DNA of 64,000 nt from Tubiluchus corallicola (GCA_030141605.1 JAQGDQ010000008.1:496001-560000), one strand, 5' to 3'. Shown: positions 28,401 to 42,169, counted from the first letter of the stretch. Notes: generated from the sequence alone by a model not told the origin. A program made the numbers and translations.

Positions 28401-31400
28401 TTCTTTTTTCAAAATGCCTGAACTCTGCATACCCATATTGTGTGTAGCTGATAAAAGCTGTTACACTGTTAGTTTGTTCAGTTAAAAAAAATTTGTATAG
28501 GTGGACCAGTTTTTGGTTACACGATATACGAACAGGTGCTATTCAATACACGAACAAAACGAATGATATTTTAGGCATTTGCATTAATATGATAATTAAC
28601 CAACAAAATTTTGAAAAACTAATGACAATACCCGAAAACCAATAGCGATAGAAACTTATAACTGTGCATTAAACTGCTGATAATAAATAAAATTAGAATA
28701 TTTTGTACTGACACCTGCACCTGTAAGATGCCATGACACACAGCCAACGGAAAATTGCTGCCCTCTGGCAGGCAGACAGATCACAAGGTGGATACATACT
28801 GGACATAATGTTTAAAAAATGAAACTCTTTAATAAATGCTGATGCAATAATTGTAAGAAAAAAATTATCAAAGAGTTTACTGATATGCATGTTTTATGGC
28901 TTTGTTTGCTCAAGCCAGTTATTCAGTATCGAATAAGTAAAAGATTATTAGGCCTAAATAGGCACTAGTAGTGTTAATATACTACTGAAACGGGAAGGAG
29001 TTTACAATTCCTTATACAAATACCCTAACCCTAACCCGTCCCTAACCGTAACTCCAACCCCAACCCTACTTCTAATCCATTTCAGGAACTAATTTCTTGT
29101 GAGTGGGGAATTGTAAACTTTAGCCCTAAAATGTTTTTCCAGAAAAGTTAATTATGTCAAAATACAATTTGCTAACTGTAATAATACATGTAATGGTAAA
29201 TTGATAATTGTCTGATAATGTTTTGACAGGTATTTGCAAATGTAAAAAAATAATGTAAATATTTTTAAGAGCAATAAGTATCTAAGTATCTAACAACAGG
29301 TTGTAACTGCTTATAGAAAGAAGTGACCACCTAAACCATAACATCGGCAGCCTACTTTAGCTGATGTGATTAACATGATCTCAATCTTGGCTTGTATGAA
29401 TTGCAAGGAAGATTTTCATTTCCTTTACCAAAGTAGATAAAGTAGATGTTTCACAAATTATTTAAAGAATTGCAAGAGGATTTTGAAATCATGAAATTAT
29501 GTAATTGCTATTCTTTGCAGAATGCAGAAGTGGAACTGAATTTTGGTGCCACACCTTTCAAGCATCCTCCCATTTCCGTAAGTTTCTGTTCTTTTGTCAT
29601 CATTTTGAAACACTGATTTTTATCTCTTGATGCTGGTCATGTATTATCACATCACTCAGAAAGTGTTTTATTAATAGTTCGTGTGCAAAAGGTCAAAAAG
29701 ACAAGTCATTGAAGAACTGTGTGTAGAAATATTTATTGCTCTTTTGTGCATTTTTTCATTTAGGGCTACATTGCTCTTAGTCAAACACCAAAAGACAACC
29801 AAGTGAAGTCAACATCATCTGCCGCTACTGCTCCAAGCAAAGCTGCTCCAAATGCTCCTCAAGCTCTGATCTTAGAGGTAAATTTTCTACTGATGCATAA
29901 TAATAGTGAAGTACAATTTATTGCCATTACACGTTTTTGATCTATAACTTCCCAATCTTGATTTTAATATTCTGCTGTTTCTTTCTTAGGTATTTCAAAA
30001 TCTTTATGTTCTGGTGTACCACTTGTGTATTGAATTATTAAACTTTGCTTAATTGTATATGATTTTATTTTTCAGCCTTCTAGAGAACTGGCTGAACAGG
30101 TTAGTGTTATTACTATGAAAATGTTTGTCTTTTAGCAAATTACTTTGTAAAAAAACTTAAAGTTGTCTGATTACCTTTAACTTGATACCTGATTATCATC
30201 TTAGAATATGTTTGTATTAGTTTCTATTAGCCATATATGGTAATTGATAGCAATTTGATTTTCATTATCATTTAATTATCGGTTTTTATAAAAAAAAAAT
30301 GGGTATTATATTTTTGTTATTAATCTTGATTTGTTCCATCACTTTTGTTAAATTTCATTTTAATTAAATTTTATCTAGTTTTTTTTTACTTTTTTATGAA
30401 GTGTTAGATTTGGTTTTGGCAGTAATTTTTTGGCACCCAACGAGTGCGAGCATGTACTGTAAAAAAATCAGACTTATTTGTTTTCAGACGTTGAATCAGA
30501 TTCGGATGTTTCGGAAACATTTGTCAAATCCTACCCCTAGGTAAGCTTTAGTGTGTTTTTTTTTGTTGTTGTTGTTGCACTCTTCTTATTATACACTTTT
30601 TATCGTAAGTTTTGTAATCATTAATAACTTTTAAAAAGTAACTTGCATTGCAGTTACTGTTAGTTTACCTTCCTTCGTTAAAATTGGTGAATGGAATAGC
30701 TGAAAGGTCTTTATATATGCTTGGCTGCATGGTGCGTGTTAAGACTATGGCCTTACTTGGCCACTAAATTGATTGATGACTACCCGGAAACTTAGTTTTT
30801 TTACCTGTCAAACTGCCTCCGGTCCACTTACCTGATTGAAGGTGGATGTACCTAAAGTTGCGAAGCCATCTCTGCCACTCCTGTCTCTAATCTCAGAGAA
30901 TTGTCCTTGCTAATGAGATGAATTCTGCTCTTGCAACAACCGTCTACATTGAGTAGGAATTAAACTCTGCCAGTGTATACTGGAAATACTCATCTTGGAA
31001 TTCATACATGTTTATAAATACCAAAACATTTCCTTGAGCTCTGCAAGCCAAATGTATAAAGAAACTTCATTTGATGTAAATCCGGAATCTGCCTTTCATA
31101 GTTAGATTTTACAATGACATGTTAAACTTATAAAAGTTGTAAGTTTACTATCATTTTTGCAGAGAATTGCTGATCATCGGAGGTGTCAGCGGAAGAGAGC
31201 AAATAGACAAACTGCATAATGGGGTAATGTAAAGTAATGTGAAAAAACAATGTAATACTGACCTTGCATGCTATTTGCAGCTAAATTTTATTTAAAGTTT
31301 TTCATTTGTCAAAACTACAACTGCATCCAACTTTTTCAGTAACACATATCTTAGGACATGGGTGGCACCGTGAAAGGGCTGATAGCCAGCAGCTCTCCCA

Positions 31401-34400
31401 GATTTTTAGCTAGGCCCCTTCCCAAAATGTCTGAGTAACTGAGTAAGACTATACATAAGTAGGCCTAATTACCAATTTTATTACTGCGAAATCTGCTATT
31501 TTTTTCTTTTCCTGAAATCAGAATGCAGCCTGTTACAAGTGCTATTGGGATACATAAAAATAAGGCAAAATAATTATTCCTAAGAAACAAAATGATAGAC
31601 AACATTCCAACAAACAAACTTAAAACAGTAATTAGCTGAACATGTTATCAGAACAGCAAGCAATCTTGCCCTTACCTACTGATAAATCATAGCCCTCTGC
31701 TCCTAAAATCCTGGTGCCAGCCTTGTCTCTGGATGAAATTATGCAGGTCTCCGTGAATTTGATACTGGCATAATTAACTGAATAAATTCTGGTGAAAATG
31801 GGAATGCAATTGTTGCCATGTTCTCATACAGTCACTGACAGCCTTGAGTTCTAGCGGTATTGAAATTAGTAATCTCAATAAATAAAATTATTATAATAAT
31901 AAATAAATTTTTATTTTATTTATGGATTTTACTTTATGGACTTTTAGCTATCTAATGTTTTTAATATTCCACATTGTGTATAATTGTAATAATTTCATTG
32001 TTGTTTTATTTTTAATTTCAAATAATGTCCTGTTGTGCCCCTGCAGTTGGATTTTATGTCCACTCTTCTGAAATGTCTGCCCATCTTTTATTTTGTTTTT
32101 GAGTAAAACGATTTTAACACACAAATTGGATTAAGTAGTTGAGTTCAGTAAGTTAGTGAATTAGTCAGTCGCTGGTTATTCATTTATTTATCTAATTAGT
32201 TGTCAGTCAATCAGTCATTCAAAGTAATTTTGGCCATTGTCATTCTAGCAATTTATCAGTCAGTTAGTCGATTTGTCAGCTGTCAGTCACATCAATATTA
32301 CCTATTAATGTGTCAGTCAATTGTTTAGCCAGTAGTCGGGCAGTTTAGTAAGACAGTCAGTCACTATCTCTGTTAATAGAGATATGTACTAATAATGATA
32401 AACAAAAAAATACAATATATAATAACTATCAAATAAGCAGCAGGAAATTTTGAAAATACTCTAACATTTTCACTAACACGATAGTGACAGTAATCACATG
32501 TCTGTGCCTCTAAGCACCTGTGTTTGCACCGATCACATAAATCACTACCGTAGTTTTTCAAAAATTTGCATCTGTCTTTTTAACACCTACAGATCGTATT
32601 GCATCTGCTTAGTAAGGAAAGCAGAAAGAGCACTCTTGCCTAATCATCAGCAGATTTTGCTTTGTGTAGGTTGATATTGTGTGCGGCACACCTGGACGCT
32701 TGGAAGATCTCATTTCCACTGGTGAATTACTGCTATCTCAAGTATGATGGTTGTTTTGATCGTTTCTTTAAACATCAGTCATAACAAGAATTATGATAAG
32801 AAGCTCAGAGTCCTTTTCACTGTAATTAAAACAGTAACTTAAAGAACTTGGGTAATGTGGTTTGCAATGGTGGGTGTGCAGAATTTGCTGTACAGTTATC
32901 AGCATAATCCTCAGCTAGGTCACTCTTGTTTCAGTTCTTATTTATAATGTTGTTCAAAAATCGCACCATGAAAATTTACCGCCTCGTGCTACTCTTTACG
33001 GGCTAAAATATCAGAAGAGGGCTACTTTCTGGGCAGTGAGGTTGAGTCTACTATAGTGGCACATGTTAGGAGTACTAACCACAGTATCAATACAGATTAG
33101 ATTATATTAGACAAAGAAGAAAATGGAAAAGTCACTTTCTAAACTAATTTTGCATTGTAGTGTATAATGGAATACTGGTTTGGTATTTGTAAACCTTCAT
33201 TCCTGTTTAAATCAATTTTGAGGTATTTATATGGTTTTAGTTATAAATAAGTCTATTTTTATTAAACTGCATGATTATATAGAAATTTTTCTTAGCTACT
33301 GTAATTTTAGCGCAATGGCTAGTCAAATTCAATTTCTCAAATTTGAAGAGATAAAATTTCTTTTTTTTTCACTAAAATTAATGTGATCCTGAAGATGGGA
33401 GAAATATGGATAAAAATCAGGAATTTTTAACATCAAAACTTTATTGTTTGATTATTTTTGCTTGAAAAAAGCAATTGACAGTAAAATTCAAAAAAATCTG
33501 TTGAAATAATTCCACTGTCTTAATGTGTTAGAAAAACAACTCCAATTAGTTCCCCATCCTCTAATTCAGTAATTTATTATTGCCATCATTTTCATCAACA
33601 TAATTTTCGTTGTCATTACTGTCACCCTAATCATCATCACTGTCATCACATCATTATCATCAGTAGCAGCACAGACATTAGCAACAGAAATTTGTTTGCA
33701 GTTTGACAATTTTTGTTAATAATGAGGATGACAAATATTTTTGCATGTCATTAGTTTCTTTGTCAAAACTACAATTAGTAAGTTTAATCCTAAGCAGAAA
33801 CATACCCAGTAAACAAATAGACATATGTGCCTAGTAGAGTTCTAAATCATGATTTTAACCATACACACACATAAGCTAGCTTAGTTAGCTACTGCTCACT
33901 TGATTACTAATACTCTGACTATTTTGTTTTAGGTTCGATTTTTCATTCTTGATGAAGCAGTGAGTAACATTTACTTTCGTTTTATCTCAGCATTGACATA
34001 CTTTACAAATAGAAATCTAGTTTTTCTAGCCTTTTCAGTAAGTTTTTTCTAAAGAAGAATGGTAAAGCTTTTTGTTGTCACACACCTTATAATGTTAATA
34101 CAACTTTAAATAGGTGAGCACCTGTTTCACACAAATAGCTTGTGTCTGCTTGTATTCTATACTCGGTCTAGGAAGCTAAAATTGCATAGTTGATGGGTGT
34201 AATTGTTTTTTTAGATAGAGGTTGTGTCTGAATGTGATTGACCTCTGAAGATTAGAGGGAATTCCTTGATAATGAGCCAGGTTGTAGTTATACCGTAAAT
34301 TTCGAGTTAAACAGGGTCGCTGAATGCTGAATTCTGGCTTGAAGTCTGCCGAAATGTGTTAAGAAAATGTTTCTTGAGTTCAGTTTTTTATTACTAGCAC

Positions 34401-37400
34401 TTTGTAATTTCATATCTTATTTATGTTCAGGATGGATTACTCAGCGCTGGTTACAATGAACTGATCATGAGAATGTACCAGCAAATACCTAAAGTTACAG
34501 TTGATGGAAAACGACTTCAGGTAAAGAGAGACTTTAAAATATTCACTGATTTAAATCAAAACTCTTTAATGGAATTGTTTTACTGCAAAGTGCATTTGGT
34601 TTTTCATAGAAATGTACTTTTCTCTTTTTCAGATGATTGTTTGTTCTGCGACGCTACATTCATTCGATGTGAAAAAAATGGCTGTAAGTTATTATCGGAA
34701 ACTTCTGACCTTTTACCATAATGTTGCACATTTGAAAGTGCCATTAACATAAATAATGAGTTGAAATCGACTGTTAATTTAGCCAGTTGATTCATTGTGA
34801 ATTACTGTTAACATGTGTGGCTGTTGCCCGCAGGGGTGACATAGTGCTAAAGTAGTTTTGTTGAAGCAGTCTGTATAAATAATGAAGTTGAAATTTATAC
34901 TCATTTCGTAGCGAAAATGTTCGTCCTTTAAAACAAGTTTGTCCGAGACCTGTTCATTAGTGACTAATTTAGGTACAAAATGTATAACACTGAATTTTTT
35001 TACTCATTCGTCTTTGCTTCGGGTTTTCCAAACTGTGACCCAATAAAAAGTCTGACTATAGGGAGCATTATGGCTATATTTTAGGTGTTAACATGTTTTA
35101 CAGGAAAAGATAATGCATTTTCCAGTTTGGATAGATTTGAAAGGAGAAGACAGTGTTCCGGAGACCGTCCATCATGTCGTTGCTTTGATTGATCCGACTA
35201 CAGACACGTCTTGGCAAAAACTACGCAAGCACATTGCAGTAAATAACTATATATAGTTGCTTAGTGTGTTTTTAAATCACTTTGCAATTTTTTTGTCTTT
35301 GTTATTGGATTTCTTACTATTCCATTCATTTTCTTGCAAGAGAATCTAGAATTTCTCAATTGTATGCCAAGGCTGAAGTACATATGTGAGAGTCCATGCT
35401 ACTTGATGCCTAGGAAACTTTTTAAATCAGCTTAATTTTTTTTCTGCTGTTATTTTAGACTGATGGAATTCATGCCAGGGATAACATCAAGCCCGGTAGT
35501 AACAGTGCAGAGACACTGTCAGAGGCAGTAAAGATTCTGAAAGGGGAATATGCGTTGCGAGCCATTGACGAACACAAAATGGACAAAGCTCTTATCTTTT
35601 GCCGGACAAAAGTCGACTGTGATAACATGGAACGATACTTGATTTCTCAAGGTGGAGGTATATACAAGCCTGGTTTCTTTTTTTACATCTTATTTTCTAG
35701 AGCAGGACATACTGAAGTTCATAGGAATATATCATTAAAGGAGTTACATTATGGCTGGTTTTACATAAAAGAGCCGGCTTCTGGAATTGACATGTTGTTT
35801 ATTGGTGCAGATGATCATTTCGACAGCAACTGTCATTTTCAATGCTATAAATCAAGCCAAAACATTTAATTAGTACAATTATGATACTACTAACCAAGGC
35901 ATACAATAAATTACATCATTACACAATCACACTTGAATGTCACTCTTGTGATTGTGTAATGATAAATTTATTGTATGCCTTGGTTAGTAGCGTCATAATT
36001 GTACTAACTAATTGTTGTCACTTTATTTATAGCACTGAAAAGTTGCTGTCGAAAGGATCGTCGCCGCTAATGAACAACCTGTTAATGGTTTTGTTCGCAT
36101 TCAGTTAATTGCTGGTCTCACCTTCTGTTGTGGAGATTCTATAGTACAGTAGAACAATCTTCTTACCTTGTAGAAGATTCGAGAACTTTCTATACTCGAT
36201 GCGCGTAATAGTTTCTAGATTGTTCTGGTTTAGTCCATGTGCACTGATATATAAGGCGGAGCTAGTCCCTCAAGTTTATTCTCATATTCTCAGATACGCA
36301 CACTCCCGTTTACATGTTTCCAAATTATCACTTGTCTGTACACATTTCGCGTTCCTTCATACTTTTGTGTTATAGCATTCTCGCATAATAAGCTAGTTTA
36401 ATTTGACGACGTGTTTTCTGGTTTTATCTACGAGCTATCCGTGAGAAACAAAACACAACACCTTCCAAGCATGAATTTTTGTATGCTTTAATGAAAAATA
36501 TGCTGGTTTTAAAAAAAGCAAATTTTTCTTTTTTCAGGTCAGAGAGGTTCGGGCAAATATTCCTGCGTTTGTCTGCATGGTGACCGGAAACCTCCGGAAA
36601 GAAAGGCCAATTTAGAAGCTTTCAAGGTAAAGTTTATGAAGCAGTAAATCCGATATGATTACTATAGCTATTAGCTGTAATTACAAAGCTTGTGCTGGAA
36701 GTTATATTTGTTTAACCTTGCTGTTATAGTAAAAACGATTCTTTTTTCATCTTCATGCCCTTCATCATTATCCTCCAAAAGATCCGTGCATGAAATTATG
36801 GAAACCATTTGGACAGAGTCTGTTTTCTAACAGGCACTTCCTATACAGCACAAATAAAGTGTATTGAAGAATCTAATAAAATAGCTGAAAATAGCTACTT
36901 ATGTACCAGATGTACCAATTGTCAGCAATCATATCGCTGGTAGATGCATCACTTCACTAACAGTCTTAATTTTGCTGCTGAAATTGTTTATTAATTAATG
37001 GTTTAATTTATGTTTCATGTTGTGGAACTTGAACTACATTTGACATGCTTGTAATTCGCCCAGTGGTCAATGACCATTATAACTGGTGATTATATCTTGT
37101 TTCAGATATAATCTCCAAAATTTTAGTTTCTTGTTTTATAGCTTGTTTTTTCAGATTGATCTTCCCTTCTGATCATTTGTTGAAATAACGTCGCATTTAA
37201 TTTACAACGCTATTTGAACTGCAGCATGGCCTGGTAAATGTAGTTTCCTATAATCTCTATCCTCTCTTGCAGCAAGGAAAGGTCAAGTTTCTTATCTGCA
37301 CGGACGTAGCTGCTCGTGGAATAGACGTCAAGGGTGTGCCATATGGTAAATAATTTTTAATTTTCATTTGCAAAAATGTTAATGTTAACCCTCATTTATT

Positions 37401-40400
37401 AACACTGAAGTGCAAAAGAACTCCAAGCATTTCTGTTGCTTCATTACATTTTACTTTAAAATGGTGTTTAGCCATTTTCTTGTTTTTAAATATTTGTAGA
37501 TGCTGCATTTGCTTGTGTTTGCTATTGAAATTGGTATGACGTCTTCGTTTTTAGATACATTAGTTGACCACTTCACTGCCCGTCATGAAAATGCTATTCC
37601 GCCTGGCCTGTATGACAAGACTCTACCATCATGCTTAATATGCAAATTAAGTTGCGCCTACGCCAGTAGCAATAATCCTTACACACGCACCACGTGCAAT
37701 TGAGGAATCTAGCTTTGAAAACAAAAAGTGGTGGTGTCCTCTTTTGTCTAAAAATATGATATACAAGCTACAAAACATTCATGTCCAAAAAATGTACAAA
37801 ATGAGCAAAGAAGATTGCTGCTATTGCTGAACTGTCATCTATTACGTTGCCACTCTCAAACAAAGATCTATATGAAAAAATAAAAGAAGAATCTGGACAG
37901 AAAATAAAAAGACGTTTAAGATGTATTGGGCATATGCTTAGACTGCCTGATGATATTCCAGTGAAGGTAGCTCTTCAACAAGCCATAGAACCAGCTAAAA
38001 CAACCTGCAGGAGGATAAATGTTAACATATTTAGATTTTCCACAGAAAGATTTAAACACTTCAGCATTGATCCTTAGAAATAAATGCTCTTGGGGCATTG
38101 CGGCGAGCAGGGAGTCCTGGCATAGGGAGGTGAGCAGCATCATGCCCCTGGACGTATGATTCATCGGATGATGATGATTGCCACTGTTGCATAGCTTTCC
38201 TCTACCTTTGTCGAATTTTTGTCCTCAAATGACCCAGAAAAGAGGCAGTGTGGAGCAAATTAAGGACTAGCTTGCAAAATTTGGGGTTGAGTCATCAGAT
38301 AATGGTAGGTGAAGCCAATCCATATGTGTAATTAGATATGAATATTTCAACATCGTATGGTTGATGAATTTTGTACATACAAGCTAAAAATTACAGCAAT
38401 AGGCCTGCCTTTATTTCTTCTACACACTAGAATGGCTATTGGGTAAAACATTTGACAGCACTGCTCTTACATGTTTTACAAAAAATTTTGTGCAAAATAC
38501 AACATTCAAATTGTACTGATACAGTGAAGGATGGCCAAAAAGTTGTGAAAACTGTATGTGTGAATGCTTGCGTATGTGTGAATGTTTGTGTGATGTGTGC
38601 ATACATGTGCATGTAAACACATGCATATAAATTAGGCAATATTTGTTCGTGTATGTATGCTTGAATGCGCAATGCTTTTTTTAGAATCACAAAGTGATGA
38701 CAGTGGTGATACTGTTGACGATGGTGGTGACACTGATGATGGTGATGATGATGATGACGACAATGACATCGACACTAATACTTTTAGAAAAAATTACAGT
38801 TATAGTATTTTTGTGAATTTAAATCTTAGTAAAAATTTACTTTGTAACAACACAACAATATTTTGCGTATCAGAAACTCTGCTTTTATTTTCTTCTACTT
38901 TTATTTCTTTTCTGCTTTCCCTTTTTCTCAACATTCTTCATCATTCTCTCAAATTTGCTAATACTTCTACAAGAGATGGTAGGAACAATGACACTGGTAG
39001 TAGCAGACACAGGTGGCAGTGGCATGGTGGCAGCGTTGGCAGTGGCATTGGTTGTGGTGGGGGGGGGGGGTGTCACAACAGTTATGATGGCACCAATGGC
39101 AACAATTGGCAACAATAACAATAGAAGTGGTTGTGATGTAGTGACAACCATACTATAATAACATTGCATTGCCTATAGCAGTAGCAACTTTTCATTTTAC
39201 TAAAATATTCTTGCGCAAAATACAAATTGCATGGCAGTGAAGTAGTTAATTAATCCGAATATAGTTTACATAGATGGGGATATCAAATCATTCGTTTTAA
39301 ATTAAATTATTATAAACATTGTAAACGATTACAGTATATTTTTAACAACAATAAACTCTTGAAAATCACAAATATAATTGAAAAAAAGCTTTTAAGACTC
39401 ATAGTGTGAGTAAAACAGTTATCAGTGGGAAATTGCAGCTTTTTGGTCAAAATCAAAATCAGAGTAGAAGTGGTTTAAATGTCTTTTTAATGTTAATATT
39501 TGAAGTCTGAAAAATTTAATTATTTTTTAGCCAAATAGACAATAAAGGTTTTTTTGTTATAGTGATTAACATAACCCTACCGCCAACAGATGAAAAGTCA
39601 AACTATGTGCATCGAATCGGCCGTGTTGGTCGTGCAGAAAGGTATAGCATGTAAACATACCCACATTACCACATTTCTAGTACAGTTAGTAAATGCTTCA
39701 GTTAAATGCAAAACGAAATATGAAAATTTCTATTCCTATTAACCTGCATAAAAATCTTGTAAATATGGATGAAACTGAAATGCATAAAATGTAAAGGAAA
39801 AAGGTCTAGCATTCAATGGTAACCTGCGGCAGACCTAGAATTTGGTCAAGGATATCCCTTAAAGATGAACTATTGAACTGGTGCAGGTTTTTAGCCATCT
39901 TTTTGAGTACAACTACATTCTTCTCTCAGTAAGGTACAATCATTATGGTGTTTGATTAAACAAAACCACTTAGGTAAAATGGATTCATGGATATGGTACA
40001 TTTGCATTGTCTTTACAGTAGGCATTGTTTTGCTCTTAATTTGTTAGCAACCCAACTTTGTCATTCTTCCACAGGTAGAAATGAAATCGCATTTATTGTA
40101 TCTAATTTAGTTTCATTTATTTTAATTAATTAATTTCAGGATGGGCTTAGCCATGTCTCTTGTGGCAACTGTACCTGAAAAGGTGTGGTACCATGGCTGT
40201 CCCAGCCGTGGTAAGAACTGTAATAACAGCAGGCTTACAACCGAAGGTGGCTGTGCCATTTGGTATAACGAAATGCAGGTAGAGTTTTAGTAAAATTTGG
40301 TATTCTTGTCCAGAAATTCAGTTAACAAATCCAGCAGCTTAATGCGGCTGTTACAGCTGAAATAGAAATAATGCAGTCTGCCATTCATAAATACAAATTC

Positions 40401-42116
40401 GGTTTTATGTATCCACCTGGCATGCTGTATTGTGATTTACTGCCATTTTTATTACAATTGAGTTGATCAACCAGCGCATTTTATTGGCTTAACAAATGGC
40501 CAAATACAAATCAGTAGACATCCAGCATGCGACACAACAATGGCTGCTTTCAGGTTGTACAGATGTTTGTTATCGGACCTTTATTCCTTGCGAAGTGGTG
40601 ACATAATGTTTGCTCCAAGGAAAGTGTTTGTATTAAAAAACTCCCGGGTGTGATATTTGTATACCTCTCCGTGCCCATGTTTCAATGTTATTAAATTATT
40701 TTCAGTACCTGGGTGCGATAGAGGAACATCTCGGTGTAACAATTTCCCAAACTGAAGCAGATATGAAAGTTGCCCAAAATGAGTTCGACGGAAAAGTTGT
40801 GTACGGTCAGAAACAACAGCAAACAGGTATGTTAGTCCATTTCTATGCATGAATGCATAGTATAATGTATAGGCCTGCAGAAGCCATCTTTTTCTGCTGA
40901 AGAATTTTCTGTGTAATAGGAAATTTGCTTTGCTAGTTACAGTCAACAAGAAATAAACTTTCTGACAGTTGCTGTGAATTGATTTACTGTCTATTGTAAA
41001 TGCTTCTGCAAGTATACTATCAGCAGCTCACGACACTTCTTGCAGAAAATAGAGACAAGCTCTATTCGTTGGGAGAACAGCAGAAATGTTGCCAACTTGC
41101 CGAGGGTAATTTCTCTCTAGTGTGACTGATGTTGCTAGATCTGTCGTGAGTTTTGTTGAGAAGCTCACACTTTCTTATGGGAGGGTAACTCGCAGCAAAT
41201 AAACTGAACATGCTTGCAAGTTACTTAGTGAGAAAACTCACTAGTGTGATCTCACACTTAAGGCTGATGTGTGGTAACTTAGTACAAAACAATAAAAATA
41301 TCACTTGCACTGAAGTCGTAAAAATAATTACCGTAATGAAGGAGTACCAAGTTTGAAAGCAAATTTGACTGAAAAAAGAAAATGTAAAAAGTCTGCTGTG
41401 TCCAGATTTGAACCCTTGACCAGGCACAATCTATGCTAACACCATTGGAAGGTAATCAAAATATCCAAGGTTCAAACCCAAGCTTGGTCCAAACTTTTCC
41501 ACATTTCCTTTCTTTTTGTCTAGTTTGATTATGAATTTTTTATAATTGTATTCAATCATTAATGTATAATTTTGAAATTAACACGGCAAATAATTAACAA
41601 TGATCATAATCCTATAAAACATTCTTTTCTTCTTATGATAATGCATCGTAAAATGCAGTATAATGTAGTGTTGTCCTTTTTAAATATGTTTTGGCCACAT
41701 ACTATAGCAACAATATATTGATTAATCCACCAAGCATAATGAATCAACATTTAATTAGGCTAGCTTCTAACTCTTGTACAGAAATTATGGCCTGCAGAAA
41801 AAACCTCATGTGCAGTGTAGATTGATTTGAAATCAATAAATAGTGTTTCATTAGCCAATTAGCAGGACTTTACTGCAAAATCTCTATCATAATGAAAAGC
41901 ATTAGCTTCTTCTTAGCTAGAGTACATTTTCTATACCGAAATTAACACGATCACAATAAATATGTTAACTTAATTATAACATTAAATCATTTAGGTTCCA
42001 AATACAAAGGCCATGTGGAATTTCTCGCTCCTACTGTTGCAGAGCTAGCAGCCATGGAACAACAAGCACAAAGTAGTTTTCTTAGACTTCAGCAAAGAAA
42101 ACCAATTAGATGCTGA
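22421..42116 (+). CDS. DDX1: ATP-dependent DEAD-box RNA helicase DDX1 (SPRY-containing), 25 coding exons
   Basis: Exons 22421-22436, 23840-23891, 24030-24093, 24743-24772, 25657-25798, 26387-26473, 27122-27205, 28110-28336, 29521-29577, 29764-29877, 30076-30099, 30488-30540, 31163-31223, 32670-32741, 33933-33959, 34431-34520, 34633-34683, 35104-35238, 35459-35657, 36538-36626, 37273-37345, 39563-39641, 40140-40278, 40706-40826, 41995-42116 (TGA). Motifs: [25 protein letters not shown] ([18 protein letters not shown]), [37 protein letters not shown], and the DDX1-type tail [12 protein letters not shown]. Confidence 0.97.
24869..25495 (+). mobile_element. Two adjacent pogo/Tigger-like MITE remnants
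   Basis: Two TA|CAGT starts: 24867 (ta-cagtaagtcc) and 25049 (ta-cagtagtacctc). The second has the internal ttcccataagaaataatgtaaa segment typical of pogo-derived MITEs. Right TIRs not found. Confidence 0.55.
27650..27726 (-). mobile_element. SINE-family fragment
   Basis: The reverse complement atggttgtggcaggatgaatc…ctaatcctcacagatcagacaat matches the copies at 30840-30975, 53900-54030 and 55745-55870. Confidence 0.5.
28999..29119. repeat. Short element: 13-bp inverted repeats enclosing degenerate (CCCTAA)n
   Basis: AGTTTACAATTCC (28999-29011) and GGAATTGTAAACT (29107-29119) enclose ccctaaccctaacccgtccctaaccgtaactccaaccccaacccta. Confidence 0.7.
30840..30975 (-). mobile_element. SINE-family fragment
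   Basis: Minus strand has a B-box-like gagtttaattcc followed by ggttgttgcaagagcagaattcatctcattagcaaggacaattctctgagatta, the same order as the other copies. Confidence 0.45.
31357..31725. mobile_element. hAT-like MITE
   Basis: Termini CATGGGTGGCACC and GGTGCCAGCCTTG (11/13 inverted match). Flanks TCTTAGGA / TCTCTGGA look like a decayed 8-bp TSD (6/8). Confidence 0.55.
32140..32365. repeat. Degenerate (AGTC/AGTT)n low-complexity tract
   Basis: Recurrent agtcagtc, agttagt and tgtcagtca units. Confidence 0.6.
36126..36460 (+). mobile_element. Solo LTR (335 bp) of an LTR retrotransposon in a DDX1 intron
   Basis: Termini TGTTGTG…CACAACA form a perfect 7-bp inverted repeat (TG..CA). Exact 5-bp TSD CCTTC at 36121-36125 and 36461-36465. 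TATATAA at 36248-36254 and a polyA-like AATAAG near 36388. Confidence 0.88.
36172..36191. promoter_or_regulatory. Perfect four-unit heat-shock element in the solo LTR
   Basis: aGAAg-aTTCg-aGAAc-tTTCt equals four alternating nGAAn pentamers. An imperfect second site TTCtaGATtgTTC lies at 36213-36225. Confidence 0.7.
37780..38180 (+). mobile_element. 3' fragment of an RTE-clade LINE
   Basis: [24 protein letters not shown] resembles the RTE C-terminal RRLRWxGHxxR motif. It is followed by [11 protein letters not shown] and a (GAT)n tail at ~38167-38179. Confidence 0.65.
38693..38770. repeat. Degenerate (GAT)n microsatellite
   Basis: gatgatggtgatgatgatgatgacgac. Confidence 0.8.
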
Positions 42117-42163
42117 ATTTCTGCTAACGAGACTGTTTTGCATCACCTTGTATTAATTGCATT

Positions 42164-42169
42164 AATAAA
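42164..42169 (+). terminator. Probable DDX1 polyadenylation signal
   Basis: AATAAA ~48 nt after the stop, followed by a GT/T-rich tract. Confidence 0.65.

Noticed and set aside
38657-39169. 153-aa and overlapping ORFs with poly-Asp/Gly/Thr
   Set aside because: Produced by low-complexity (GAT)n/(GGT)n sequence in a DDX1 intron.
41395-41490. tRNA-like B-box motifs (gatttgaaccc / ggttcaaaccc)
   Set aside because: No cloverleaf could be built; probably repeat debris.
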